Assembly: GCA_024704765.1 (NCBI GenBank)
Contig: JAKMXF010000006.1
Location: forward strand, 62,795-126,794
From: Oopsacas minuta
Lineage: Eukaryota > Animalia > Porifera
Direction of reading: 5' to 3'
DNA length: 64,000 bases
The notes under the pieces are model-generated. The model searched no databases and was not told the origin of the DNA. It saw only the letters and a program-made list of their open reading frames with translations. Below are positions 23,991-37,912 of this stretch, piece after piece (the first letter of the stretch is position 1; each line of letters starts with the position of its first letter). A program made the position numbers and the translations under genes.

Positions 23991-24296
23991 TCACACAGGG
24001 TAGTGTGAACGGACTTGAAAATGACTAGTATCACTGCCCAGATTGTGCATAACAAGATCTATCACATACAGACCTGCACTCTCATCTCCCGTTTTTATAG
24101 TCCCATCGAACCAATAGTAACCGCCAGAAAAAAGAAATTGAATATATGCTGTAGTGTCATGCTCTGCAAATACATCGATTTTACCTTTTAAAGCAGATAG
24201 TGAGTGATTTCCTTCGCTATCATGGTCCCATTGCCAGTAAGCGAGAGCAGGATTATTCTCAGCTATTCCTTGGGGAATACTAGTGTAATCATGCAA
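23991..24296 (-). CDS. Orphan ORF or degraded gene of unknown family (Trp/Gly/Asp-rich, likely beta-strand)
   Basis: 101-aa open frame with globular-protein-like composition (AYWQWDHDSEG, FLFSGGYYWFDGTIKTGD). No ATG at its start; the frame extends upstream through two TGA codons. Confidence 0.35.
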   Translation of the reverse strand: MHDYTSIPQGIAENNPALAYWQWDHDSEGNHSLSALKGKIDVFAEHDTTAYIQFLFSGGYYWFDGTIKTGDESAGLYVIDLVMHNLGSDTSHFQVRSHYPV

Positions 24297-26826
24297 TCCT
24301 TCGCTTATTCAAACCAGTTGAATGTTCCATAGAATGTTACACACTGGTCTCCTTAAATGTCCATTTTCGCCATCAATTCTAAAATATGTGCGATTAGCTA
24401 CTCAGAGAATATAGCAGAGTAAAATTATGCATTCGGAGTCGCATATTGTAACCCCCAACAAACAAAATATTGTTCCTAATGTAGAGACTTAATATTTAGC
24501 AAACTTAATTAATACAAATCCTATGGAAATGAATATACGACCAACGGGATTCATGATATGCGACCCTGACTGTATATGTCTAAAACTATAGTATAACTAG
24601 CTCTCTGGTGATGTACGGACAAAAATATTCCTCAAGCATTACCAGTATATTTTGAGTTGTTTCTAAACTCTACAATCAGAAAATATATGAAAATTATTTC
24701 AAAAAATTTGATTGGTAACTATATACTCCTTAAGTCTTGACAATAGAGTGGGACTATGGTAGAAGGATCAGAATACAGGAGGACATTTGACACTAGCAAG
24801 TACCTCGAATCCTGAAGGACCGTTGGCCCTCCGACATTGGCCACAACAACAACAACAACAACATGTACCGTAATTTTATTTCTATTTCTATACGTATTCC
24901 AATAAAATAGTGTGATGTTATGAAATGTGATTAATATGTACCTCTTTGGTGTATTTCTGATGCTGATGAGATTAAGTCTTCTGTACTCACTTGAGTAAGA
25001 TCTACATAACAAACACAGTTACTCTATACAAGTACGTATCGCTTCCTAGGTCGCTGTTCGACAGCTTGGTGCCACCAAATTTGTGGTCTAGCCATTAGTT
25101 TGATTCATTTTATTGTGGTCAGATTATATATTGCCTTACAACCTCCCTGTTTGTATGTATTTAAAATACCTTCTGGTCCCGGTTCATATTATATATACTT
25201 AATTCGAATATCTAAAAGGTCAAAATTGGTCAATATTTTGTCGAATATATATTGATTTTCGTTCGAGACTTGTCCGAGGCAGTAGAAAAACTCTTCTTGT
25301 CTGGTACCACCCATGGCTCAACAGTTTATGCCAAACTAGTTAGATAGAATATAGCCAGCAAATTCTTCCTAGATGTTTTTCGCATACTGTTAGGCATATT
25401 AGTACAGCAGAACTTCTGAAATGCGGAAAGCCTCTTCGGAGAGTGTCCGAATCTTAGAATTACAATAAGTCTATGGGAGATCCAATTTGGACCTAAGTAA
25501 TATAAACCTTGAGATGAATTCGGATTGGCGAATCTAATTGTTTGAACGGTATGTGATTACTAAGAAACGTGTTAGACATTAAGTACAACTAATGACAGCT
25601 CCAATATAAGAAAAATTAGCTGACAATATTTAAATGAATTTATAAATTTATGGAAAAGTAGTACCGAGTTTGTAAGGTGTTAAAGGTTCGACTGTACTCT
25701 AAACCATTTGCAGTATTTATCGTACACTACTGTTTATCAGTATTGTATATTTATACATTCTCCTAAGTAGTCGAAATTAGATTTTGCTATCTATTCAACA
25801 CCCACATATCAACAGATTCGTTATCCTTTTTTTCAAATACTAGCCTGTCAGGCTAGTATTTGAAAAGCACGGCCAGTTGATTTTGCAGAAATTATTGCTT
25901 GAATAATCAGAGGTGAATTTCTCTCCTTTTTGCAACGGGCATAAGCTATATGTAATTAATCAAATTCGCTGCGTGCATTATACTCATGAACAACATTTGA
26001 AACGAATCTTGCCCAATTTTGAAATATATGTATGCAATAAGAGGTGAAATACGATTAATCATGATAAATCATTTAGATATGGATTTGAAATGTCAAAAAT
26101 TGGAATCTACATAGTCCCTCACCTCTGACACATAGTTGAAAAGAAATCTCAAGCATCAATTTGAATAATATGCAAAAATGTGTAAATATGATAATTTATA
26201 TCATTAATCATGTATATATAGATTTGTACATATCTACATACCCCGATTATCCCTAACTAAACTAGCCATTGAAATGAAAGGTCTAACATCATCTTAAGAG
26301 GTGCAGGTCTCTCAACCTTTGAGGTTCCCAAATGGTGAGAGTTTTTACTATCTCGCCGTGAGATAGTAAGAAGGCTGTCGTGAGACCGTGAGGTTTTCTC
26401 AAAATAGTGAGACTTGAGAGGCCTGCCTGAGGTGTCATCATGTATGTACAAGCACATAACTACAGTAGACGGATACGTATTACCATAATAATGTTGTCAA
26501 ATCGTCGAGTGTATTACTAACTACCTTGACCTATTTGATGCTAACCATACCGACTTTGAGCTCCCTCATTCATTTAGAGATCTCCGTACTTTCAAAATTT
26601 TGTTATTGTAGGGGGATTGCACATACAGTCATAAATTATGTATTATGTTTTATATCTATGAGTTACTCAACAATAGACAATATACTACTTAGCTATAAAC
26701 TATCAGCAATCCGAGCAAATTCAAATTCAGGGATTTTTAGTGAAATATTCCTCGAAATTGAATTATACCGATGCATCAACTTGTGAACTCTGTTTTGTAA
26801 ATACCAGATTGTACTATTTATAATAA

Positions 26827-27288
26827 CGAGCTTGTGGCTCGTTGCTTCGCGATGAACTCGGCGCATTGCGCTTCGAGGTTTCCATTATTCTCCAAATTGA
26901 CAGCCCCTTTGAGTAGTGTAATATAGATATATTTAGGACCGTTTAGTCCACAAATATACCTGGCATATATGTTATTGAATTATTTTGTAAGATCAACCCC
27001 CTTTGTAGCCGTTGAGGGCAAGTATCTAGGTAAATTTTGAAATTTGGCTGGCTTGTTTACTTTATATTCACAAAAACAACAAAAAATTTACATATGATTA
27101 ATCCAAAAGTGTGAAAATCGGATTCAGCATGTTCGATATATTTAGTGAAGTTTTATTGAATTATATTTGCTTCCTTGATAAACACGATAAATACATAGTT
27201 ATGCGACAATTTCAAAATTGGATACCGTATATCCTTTCCTTGATAACGGACAAGCAAACAATCAACAATTGAGATTTAGTAGTATAGA
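26827..27288 (-). mobile_element. Non-autonomous Helitron-like element (family H, complete copy)
   Basis: On the minus strand A|TCTATACTACTAAATCTC ... GCAACGAGCCACAAGCTCG|T, collinear with 5733-6196. Confidence 0.65.
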
Positions 27289-28169
27289 TTGTACCTGCTT
27301 ATACATGGGACTGTAATTCTAATTGTAAACATATGGTTAGTAGTGTAAGTTGAATTTAAAAAACTGCATTATACTTAGAAGAATTATAACATATAATGAA
27401 AATGAGAATATACATAACGGCAGAGCTATAATTCATAGGTTGTTTCATACTAAACTTCCAGCAGCCTAGGTTGCTGTTTAGTAATCCCCAATACGGTATA
27501 TCAATTTCACATCGGTTAAAGTATTAACATATCACGATATTGCATCATAATTGTCAGGGATATCTTAACAAAATTTATTATTAGGATATGGAAATTCGGG
27601 TATATGCTATATATTTTCAAGATGATTAGCCATAACATTAATGGTTGTCAAGTTATAGGTGAATATTAGCAGAAATATGTTATCCATGGTCACTACTATA
27701 ACTCTGGAACCTGAGAACTTTGTTATGGCAATTTTTTGATATTTTGTATGAAAACATCCTTGGATAAATTGGTGTTAATTCCAGAGTTGACAAAGCGATA
27801 TATATTGATCATTGACAGAACTTGAAAAATGGCGCAGTTTCACAACATGTTCTCGTTTTAGCAAATCAGATGGCGTCATTTTGACCTGGGACTCGTCGGA
27901 TGACATAGCTTTTGTTAATTATTAACTAACAATAATACATTTATTCGGGCCAAAATGAACCAATTTTGTATTATCGTGAATAATATTATTGCCTATCAAA
28001 TTTAATGGACTTCAAGTAATCAATGGTTTCGAATAGTAGTAAGGCCATATATAGCGAAGGTTACATTTGACCTTAAGAATTTGGCTATCGACATATACGT
28101 ATTTGGGCTTGGTAAAATCACAATGCCATATTTTAACATTCACATAGTAATTGAATATATGTAATCTGT

Positions 28170-28309
28170 GAACTTGATTATGCAAGTAATGTTTGTGGAG
28201 ATATTACTAGCCTATACAAAGATTTATAGGCGATAGAATATAAATTATCTAGGAACTTGACTATACAAGTAATGTTTGTGGAGATATTACTAGCCTAGAC
28301 AAAGATTTA
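28170..28309 (+). repeat. Direct duplication of about 57 bp
   Basis: gaacttga.tat.caagtaatgtttgtggagatattactagccta.acaaagattta at 28170 and 28253. Confidence 0.85.
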
Positions 28310-29562
28310 GAATCTGATAGTGTATATCTAAGCAAGTGATAATGTTACCCTAGAATAAACGTAGTATTATACATATATATTGCGGACAGAGGCCTATCTA
28401 GGGTCGCTCATAGGGTCCGCTAAGTTGGAAACGAACTAAGAAATTTATTGTAATAAAGAAATACGTAATAGAGATTTTTGAAGTGAGCTAGGGGCTCCAG
28501 AATGGGATGAAACTTTGATTTAGGAATACAAATAAATTTACAAGTGGGTTTAACCTTAATATTTTGTCAGGAATCTACTACAGTAGAACTCAGATCAGAC
28601 TTAACCCCTCGAGAAACAAAATTAGCACATGAGGAATTGAAAATCCGTTTTGGAGAAAAATACAAACTAACAGAGTTCTACTGTACCTACCAATCTGTGG
28701 TGTGAGGTAGAACATAAAGTCCAAGAGCATTAAGGTTTAACCTGGACATAAAGGGTACTATTTTTGTAGAATAGTTGAGAACCCCATTCAGCAACTCTGA
28801 AAGCCAAATTTCTTTGTGCAACTAAACATGTCTTTTTTCGCATTTGTATTTTCATTTTCTCATTAGGGCGTAGCCGTTCAAATGTTAAGTAACGCAAAAT
28901 TCTGTAAATTTTGACCGGGCTCCTTTCTGTGTCACGCTTTTTGAAATTTGTAATACCATTAGAATGGGGCTTTCACGCTTTGATATTCCGTTGGTAGCAT
29001 TACGTGACGTTTGAACAGTCCCTTCTGGAAAAGTCAAGATGTATAACTTTTTTCAATGAAATCTAACTATTTTTCAATGTGATATTCTTAAATAGTGAAA
29101 AATTTCCCGTCGTTTAAGTGATCACTTGACCAAGCGATTTTCCCTAGTAGCACAAGAATGCTTCAAGAATGTGATAACATTCCAATCTTGTTTTAACCCC
29201 ATCTGGTGATCTGTCGTTAGTTGCCGCTAGGCTAGCTGAGTAATACACATATCGAACTTCGGAAATCTAAATGTTCATAAAAACACGATAATACTTAAGG
29301 GGTGTGGTTAGAACCTTCCTAATATTACTAATTAACGGGTTAACAGCTGCGATTATTTCAGGGCTCTCAATTTGGAAACCTTCAAAATCGTGAGATTCAT
29401 CAAAAATCTCACGAAAGAATCGTGAGATGTGCAATTTAGTATTAGTATTCAATGAAAAGACCAGGCATACTGTAGTAATTTTAGTTCCTAAGTCATGAGA
29501 GGTGAGAGACCTGTTATTTTATAATACAATGTTTTGTGGTTACAATTGAAAACACCAATACA

Positions 29563-29910
29563 CAAAGTTGTGGATTTGATTGATAATTCATTCAAATCCA
29601 AATCAAATCACTCGGTAATATGAATTCCGGATATTATAAGATGTACAAATATAATCGAGCCCTACCCTGATATACGTAAAACGAAAGTCTACTGCAAGTA
29701 CTCATGTGTGATAATAATGATTACAGGCTGTGGTACATTAATATATTTCTGGGTTACCCTGTTCCCATGTCAATAATTATGCAACAGTGTACTTTATTTT
29801 ATTGACAGATCCTAGCAACAGATGAAATATATGCGTACTTAAAGCTAAATTAAATTTTCAAAAGGATTTGCTCAGACATTAAATCAAATCAAATCAAATC
29901 CACAACTCTG
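29563..29910. mobile_element. hAT MITE, family C copy 1
   Basis: TIR CAAAGTTGTGGATTTGATT / AATCAAATCCACAACTCTG; TSD ccaataca / tcaataca. Interior closely matches 34852-35239. Confidence 0.8.
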
Positions 29911-30876
29911 TCAATACATAGCTAGCATATACGTATGTTATTTTGATGCGATTTTAGCATACAAAACTATTGAAATTCTGAACTACCTATCTAAGAATAC
30001 TTCTCAAAGGTTCTTAACTAGCAGAATTCGTGTATTTATATTTTCGTACCTCATAAAACCTTACAAACACTAAATATTTGTCGGAAATGAGACTATTCAG
30101 TTAACCGAATATATTATATCCTAGTAGTTAACTGGATATGTTTCTGGTAATGCGAATGAAGGAAGATATGTAGGGTTGAGTAACTTGCATGCAACCGAAA
30201 ATCATTCTTTCAATTACCATAAATAACGATCATGCAACACACATTATCTATCGTTCTTCTTCATTTTTCTATAAAACAAGGAAACACTGTTTAAGCCAAG
30301 TAAAAATTAAGAATTGAGAGAATTCTGTCAGAAAATCGAGCAGAGGTGAGCGAAGAATTTGAACCTAGTGTTGGAATTTGGAAGCATGTTTTAAATCAGA
30401 AAAAATTCAAAGTGCTGTAACGATGTATGAAGTTTTGGATGCCACGAAACTCCTGAAATTTCGAATTCTGAGTTTAAAATGAATACTTTTGTACCAGGCC
30501 CCAAACCTTAACTACGCCACTGCCGAACAGTACTGTTCCAATTACAAAATAACTCGTTCGTATTATAAAATACATTGAAATAATACAATATGAATATCGG
30601 GGTAAGTATATTTATCGAATTAATACTAATGCTGAAAAGGATGGTAATATGTGTGATAGTATAATGTATTTGACCATATTATTATTGGATATAATTGTCT
30701 TTTGAACACTTTAGAATGGTTATAAATCGTCATATAAGCTTTAAGTTTAGTTGGATTATCGAGGGTTCGAATTAACGAGGTTTGGAATATGAAAATGATT
30801 GCAAATCAGTCTAGGTTTGTGGAGTTGACTTGGTACATATTTTCTTTCAATTCTACTACCATTCTTAGGAGAAGAC

Positions 30877-30884
30877 TATAAAAG
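30877..30884 (+). promoter_or_regulatory. TATA box candidate of carboxylesterase copy 2
   Basis: ttcttagg.gaagacTATAAAAGaaa, conserved with copy 1. Confidence 0.45.
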
Positions 30885-31322
30885 AAACATCAATATGTAG
30901 AAAGCAATGTATTACAGTCCATATTATTGAAAGAAAGTCACTACAATCTCATCTGATTTTGAGGAAAACATTATACCAGGTAAATATTATTAATACTTAT
31001 TAATTCATGACAATAAATAAATAACTAAATTTAATATTGTGCACTTTTGTCGTTTTGTGATTGAGTCGATTGAATAACTTGTGAGATATGTACAATTATT
31101 TTGGATAATGTAAAGTGGATTTAACGCAATTTTATGTCTTAATTGCGTTAAATGACGCGTTAACGTGCTTTTCAGGAAACACTGCTGGCATGTATTCCAA
31201 GAACAGGGCACTTTCGCCAGAATTAATGTACAGTGGAACCTGTGTTAATCCGACAGTGTTTTGGTTATGAAATGATAGAGTGTAGAATTTATCTACGTTG
31301 TATAATATTTAGGACCACTAAA

Positions 31323-34300
31323 ATGAAGTCAGTACTGTTGTTGCAGATATTCTGCTGCGTTATAGCCATTTCTACACAATTAGAGGGTGCTAGTGTTACG
31401 GTAGACCTTCCATTCGGATCGATTAAGGGATATTCTAACGGAGATTCCTGGCAGTTTTACGGGATACCATTTGCAGCTCCTCCAGTAGGAGATTTACGTT
31501 GGCAGCCTCCTACTGACTTCATTCCTTGGACTGGATCTACACTAGATGCAAATTACCCACCACCTGCTTGTATTCAAAATTGTCAACTAGGAATGCCTGC
31601 TTGTGCTGCCAATATGAGTGAGGATTGCCTTTATTTGAATATATTCATACCCATCTCCTGGACACCCGGATCTAACATGACATATGATGTATTACTGTTC
31701 ATATACGGAGGATCATTCATAGAAGGAACATCTGGTTGTTTACTCTACGATTCCAAGTAAGGGTAAAAAATAATTATCATTTAATTACTTAACTTGGTAG
31801 GAATACACTATGCAGTATGTAAAATTCCCGGACCGAATTTTCAGATTTTTTTGTTCCTTATTGACCTAATACGTAGACATTTTCGGTTATTTCAAATATG
31901 GCTAACATAATGATAGAATGAAGCCCTGCATTTCACAAAAGTGTTGTATTACCTATTGGTAAGTTATGCAACATCTGTGATTATATACTCAAAATTGTTT
32001 CAATAGCAGTCCCAATTCTGAACCCTTCTTTGGCAATTGGTAAAATGCTGCTCGGATTAGCAATGGTACAGGTACAACTGATACATTGTAGTCATATATA
32101 CAAATCATACTTTACTCCCAAATAGGTTCTTCACAAAGTTCACTGATACAATCATTGTAACGTTTAACTATCGCGTCGGAGCACTAGGTTTCCTGAGGAA
32201 TCCGGCATATAATATCGATGGAAACATGGGTTTTATAGATCAACGTGTGGCTATGCAATGGGTTAACAACTACATTTCATATTTCGGAGGGAATGGGAAG
32301 ATAACCCTGTTTGGAGAAAGTGCTGGTGCTATCTCTGTCGGTGCTCACTTAGCATCCCCTCTCTCTACAGGCCTCTTTCGTAATGCTATCGTTGAGAGCG
32401 ATCCCTGGACAATCCCATTGAGAAGTACAATTAATGCGGATGTATTAGGAGAAGAGTTCTTTTTGGTATGAAATTTTAAATATTATCGCACTTCGCGAAA
32501 CGCTGCATTCGGACCGCCCCGAAATTGTGTTATAATAGTCTCTCTTACCATCTACATTCAGTATCCGGTAATCCGAACCCTCTGAGGACATCTAAATCCG
32601 TTCCAGATAGAGATTGTTCGAGTTAGCTGATGTTGACTGTGTAAATAGCGCTGTTTATACTTAACACTGTAATTTTCTGTTGATTAATTTTTCAGTAGTT
32701 ACTAAGATTAGTGTTCGCCTCTTTGGAATAAAGAATTTACTTAGCACTCAACTCGCTAGTGCAGATTTATTCCCATAGCCACATGTAATATTATAGTACA
32801 GTTGTGGGCACATATTTCTCCTCGAGGTCGACTTTTCGCATTGGAAAATTACCCCAACCTAAACAAAATATTTTCTTTTGCTGTATAACACGATTTCATT
32901 GGCTAGTGAATCAATATTATTCAAATTCTGGGCTAATCGCAGTTTGGGAGATTCGAAACAAGTTCCATCAGTCATCTGTGAGCTTAGTGCTTAAAAGAAC
33001 AGCAACGTATTCACTTTCAATGTGTACTCGGAGATATATGCCCATTCATAGCCTACTAAACATAAGGCCTGTTTGATCGTAACTTGACACAAACCATGGA
33101 TATGCTAGACTCGCTGCTTACTGATACAATAGGGCCACCGAAGGTACTGACCAAAAGTTGCCGTTATATACAGGTTGCCGCTATGAGGGGTTGGCAGTTA
33201 GAGACTAGTGTGGAATTATGTATATCTTAATAGTGGTGGTGTAGAGAAATTATAATTTTAGATAAGTGATCGATTTACAAGAAATACAGTGGAAGTAGGT
33301 AATATGGCCACCCAATGGACTTGTCAAATGTAGACATAATGTGAGTCGACACTATATAAAGTGGCCGTTATAACCAGGTTTAGCCCTAGCAAAGGACCAA
33401 AAATGATGGCCGCGTTGAGCAGGTGGAAGCTATACAGAGGTTATTATAATGGGAATTCGGAGGGCACTTGTGAATGGTGGCCGTGTATGTAACCGTTATA
33501 CAGATGTGGCCGTTAAGCAGGTTTGACTGTATACTGAAATAGATGTGACATCATCCCAACAGTAAAGCACGAAAACTACAAACTTTGAGTGTTGTCTGAG
33601 ATTGTTGTCAACTCAAAATGATTTGATACAGCCCTATTAAATAATTTATTAAAGACTACTGCAGCGAATTTATTCACATATTCTCAATTTCAAATACATA
33701 TCACCAATTATAGCATAATAACGATTACGATTACGATTGTAATCATTATCAGCTCCAACCCTGACGTATATCCAATATTTGTATTATTAAACCCAATAAT
33801 ACGCGTATTTCTAATCGATCAGGACACTTCGAGCGATCTTGTTCCATATTTTGGGATTAACTTTATTGTAATTATTTAGGAACTGGATTGCATTACCAAA
33901 AGATGCATCTTTGACAAGACATCGGAAGAAATATTATCGGTTCAGACAAAGTTACACTTAGCGCTTTCATTTTCACTCGATATCCTCGGAAATTTTCTTC
34001 CTTAGGCTCCGATCATTGACAACATAAACTTACTTGATCAGCCATTAGCAACACTGCTTGAAAAAGCAAAAACTTCTGCTTTTCTACCTGTGATAATAGG
34101 TACCACTACCAATGAAGGACTCCTTTTCATAGAGAGGTTAAATAGGATATCACCAGTTAAAGGAGAAGCTTTATACAACGCCATGTTGTTATTCGTCTTC
34201 CCATACCACTTTGAATCTGTAGTTAATACATACAATTCATTGTACGGAGTACCAACGAACTATGTAGATAGGTTATCATTGATAGCAGGAGATTACGTGT

Positions 34301-34782
34301 TCCTCTGCCCGACAAGGAAATTGTTAGCTACGATATCCGATGGTGAACAATACGCTTGGGGTTATCTTTGGAATAGAGGTGAAACATACAACGCATCAAG
34401 TACTTTCTGTTATAATATACCATGTCATGGATCAGAACTCCCCTACGTATTCGGTACTCCTAGTCTATGGGACCAACAGTTCACTCCTAATGACTTAAAT
34501 CTATCCAGACAGATACAGACTTACTGGAGAAACATGGCCTATAGTAGTGATCCTAACATGGGGTCGGGTGGGACTGGAGTATATCCAGCCTGGCCGAGAT
34601 ACGAAACAAGGACTGGAGTAGAGATGTTTTTCGACGAACCAATTGGTAGACTGTCGTACAACTACAGTGATAGGGTATGTGACTTTCTAGACACCATAGG
34701 GTATGATCGTTCAGATATATTCGGAAATTCTTCAGTCATTAGGAGCTTTCTATTGATGGTAGTTGTAGGTGAGTTATTATAA
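31323..34782 (+). pseudogene. Type-B carboxylesterase copy 2; in-frame TAG in exon 3, possibly bypassed by splicing
   Basis: Coding exons 31323-31756, 32126-32465, 33880-34782. Intact signal peptide MKSVLLLQIFCCVIAIS and catalytic triad motifs GESAG / GTTTNEG / CHGSE. TGG>TAG at 34003-34005. Hydrophobic C-terminus, possibly a GPI signal. Confidence 0.8.
33287..33529. mobile_element. pogo-like MITE in carboxylesterase 2 intron
   Basis: TA|CAGTGGAA...ATGGCCAC and GTGGCCGTTAAGCAGGTTTGACTG|TA, with repeated gtggccgtta motifs. Confidence 0.55.
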
Positions 34783-34851
34783 ATTTATGTACGTATTTAC
34801 AGTGGTATTCTCTTAACTGTATATGCTGTATATGCTGTAATGCTGTATATG

Positions 34852-35239
34852 CAGAGTTGTGGATTTGATTGATATTTCATTCAAACCCAAATCAAATCAC
34901 TCGGTAATATGAATTCCGGATGTTATAAGACGGACAAATATAATCGAGCCCTGCCCTGATATACCTAATACGAGAGTCTACTGCAAGTACTCATGTGTGA
35001 TAATAATGATTGCAGACTGGTACATTATTATATTTTTGGGTTACCCTGTTCCCATGTCAATAATTAAGCAACAGTGTACTTTATTTTGTAGACAGATCCT
35101 AGCAACAGATTAACTATATGCGTACTTAAAGCTAAATTATATTTTAAAAAGGATTTGACTCAAACATTAAATCAAATCAAATCATTTTCCATTCAAAATG
35201 CACCAAATCCATCCAAATCAAATCGAAACCACAACTCTA
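34852..35239. mobile_element. hAT MITE, family C copy 2, just 3' of carboxylesterase 2
   Basis: TIR CAGAGTTGTGG / CCACAACTCTA; perfect 8-bp TSD TGTATATG; about 70 bp after the stop codon. Confidence 0.85.
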
Positions 35240-37099
35240 TGTATATGTAAGTTTTTCAATGCATTTGGTGTATATCTTAACGCAAGGTAGCTTATTGGGA
35301 ATGAATTTCTTACAAATCACAACCTCGTAATAGGTCAAGTTCGTATAAAATATTTGTAATACATTACAAGCCTTTACATACATCCCAACAAAAAAGCAGG
35401 ACTTTTAGTGATTTGTCCTTCGTCCTCGCTTAAACTCGAGGCCTGTCACGGATCAATCGTATGGGAAAAACTGGACAACACGTCTTAAATATTATTTATT
35501 TACTTATGACTACTGCTATGTTCTGATCAAGCATAATATTTCCAACTGCAGATCACCACGTAGTTCATAAGCTCGGTGAGTTTCTCAATGATAAATCTAT
35601 CGTTCCGATTTTCCCGGACGCCCGACAAATGGCCAAATATCCCGCGAAATTGCATGGTTCTGTACCTCGACGATGGTGTACATTTTGGCATGTATGATTT
35701 GGCTTATCGCTTCGCGAAAATTTTCGTCACTCTGCTCATCGATGAGTATATACTATATACCATGAATATAGGCAGAGCATGAATAGAGGAACTACCATTC
35801 CCTTCACCGTATAGAGTAAAGTGGGTAGCCATCGTTTCCCATTTGTTGTTTATATGAAAATATTATGTATATGAACAATTTATTGAAAATACACAGGAGT
35901 AAAAAAGTGAACTGAATCTGAATTTCGCATAATCAACAGTGCTGTGAACAGCAAATGTTCATTTAGGCCGGATAATATATTTAACTGGCCTAAATGAATA
36001 CAACGGACTAGATTTCCACATGTGAATTATTTTTGTTCAACAGGGATGTAATCAACGAAAGAGTATACTTCTAATTCTTTTAACTTCTTGATGAGCAGTA
36101 TTTGCTCATTAGTCACGATACCATAAGGTCTTTATTAAAGAACATTTGCAACCTCTTATTTACTGATAGAACTGGAAACTGCTGTTATAGTTAACAGTAA
36201 CTAAGTTGCTTTGGTAGTTTCATTTGTTAAAAGCAACTAACAAATGTGATTTTAGAGAGAAAAGATTTGCTGTTAACAATGCTGTTAACAGCATTTCTTT
36301 CATCCCTGATTATCAAGATTCTTATATGTGAAGCTGGCATGATTTTATGATAAAATTCATTTAAACTTTTTTGAATTGCGTAAATACGACTGGAAGTGTC
36401 CGCATTATGACGAAATGTTTCAAAGCGATGAGCCCGTTAAAGACTCATTAACAACTATAAGTAAGAATTATCAATGGGATTTCGTGATTACTATCATTAC
36501 AGTGTTTATCAACCTTTTTCGATCGGCGGAACATGTATTTCCCTTAGAATTTAGCCACACCTGTCATGGGTGAATTCAAATTTGAAAATATCTCATAGTA
36601 TTCATGAGTACTTATATATTTTTCATCTTATAGCAGTTGTTTTGATTGGATTGATCAACAGTATCTCCTCCTACTAACCAACAGTCATCTATTTATCAGT
36701 GTGTGTATGTGTATGCTAATATAACTTTTCAACAATATTTACTATATCTCATGTATTGTTCTCTACTTTGTAGCATATTATATATAGCGTGTTATAGGAA
36801 ATGATTTTCAGTTCTTTTGGGATTGTGGCTAACACGGGAATAGGGATTAGCCTTTATTTCGTGTTGCTCTTAGGCATATTCTTGTGACAAATGAGGCAAC
36901 CCCGCATTAATAGCAACGACTTTGCTTCTTCTACACAACGTCCTTCATGTTATCCCGAATTGATTCTTAAACCTAGGTGATCATGTTTTTTTCCTAGAGT
37001 TGTTCGATAATTGACGATACAGGTTGATTCACGAGTAATCTGGTATATGCGTCTTGAAAATATTCATGCTCGTCGTTTACCTCAGATTTGAGTTGACCA

Positions 37100-37476
37100 T
37101 TTAAATCCCCTTTACATATTTATTATATTGGACAATAATCTTGGACTTGTTTTGAAGTAGGATAGTTCATAATCAAACAATAAAACGCTGTGGTCGCTAC
37201 CTCTAAGAGGGGGTCTAGCAAATAGGTAACTAATTTTGCCATATTATTGGTGGATAAAATATCTAACATGCCACATCCAGATCCCGAAGCAATATGTCTT
37301 GTAAAATGGGTGACATGGTGTAAGAATAAATCATCTACGAATTCCAGGAATAATGTAGATTCCAGGGCATGATGGAGAGACGCTAATCTATGGGAGGTCC
37401 AATCAATACCTCCTAGATTAAAATCACCTAATAGAATAATGTTTGTATCTGTTAGAGGTCGAATAGTGTCACACAA
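37100..37476 (-). mobile_element. LINE (CR1/L2-like) APE endonuclease remnant
   Basis: IILLGDFNLGGIDW, FLEFVDDLFL..V..FTR, LDILSTN and, after a frameshift, PLRGSDHSVLLF. Confidence 0.75.
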
Positions 37477-37743
37477 GATTGATGTATCATGTAAATAAAG
37501 ATTTGGCGGACGGCAAATACCGCTATATACAGAAATTTAGAGGGATAAACAACTTAAGTAAAACAACTTCCAAACAATGATCAGAGCTTGAGTAAATAAG
37601 CTCAGTTTGACACACAACATTTCTTTTCAATATAAATATACACTGCAACACCACTTCCCATTCGGTTGGAGTGCTTTCAACCTTGGTTCTAGTCGGGAAT
37701 TAAATAGAATGCTATTATAACTAATGTGAGACTCACGACAAAT

Positions 37744-37912
37744 CAGGGCCGTAGCCATGAAAATAAAAGTAGTCCGGTTTAATACAGCACAAACAAGACA
37801 AAGTAGACAGGTTAACTTGTACAATTGAACCAGTTGGTGAATTATTGGAAAATTTGGTAGCAAAATCAGTCTGGTTGAAATGTGACAAACCGGACCGATG
37901 GCTACGGCCCTG
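37744..37912. mobile_element. MITE (CAGGGCCGTAGC type)
   Basis: CAGGGCCGTAGCCAT / ATGGCTACGGCCCTG. A related right end lies at about 38300-38312. Confidence 0.6.

Noticed and set aside
31233-31322. N-terminal extension of the carboxylesterase 2 ORF
   Set aside because: Begins at GTG inside a pogo-like MITE end and intron; the signal peptide starts at ATG 31323, matching copy 1.
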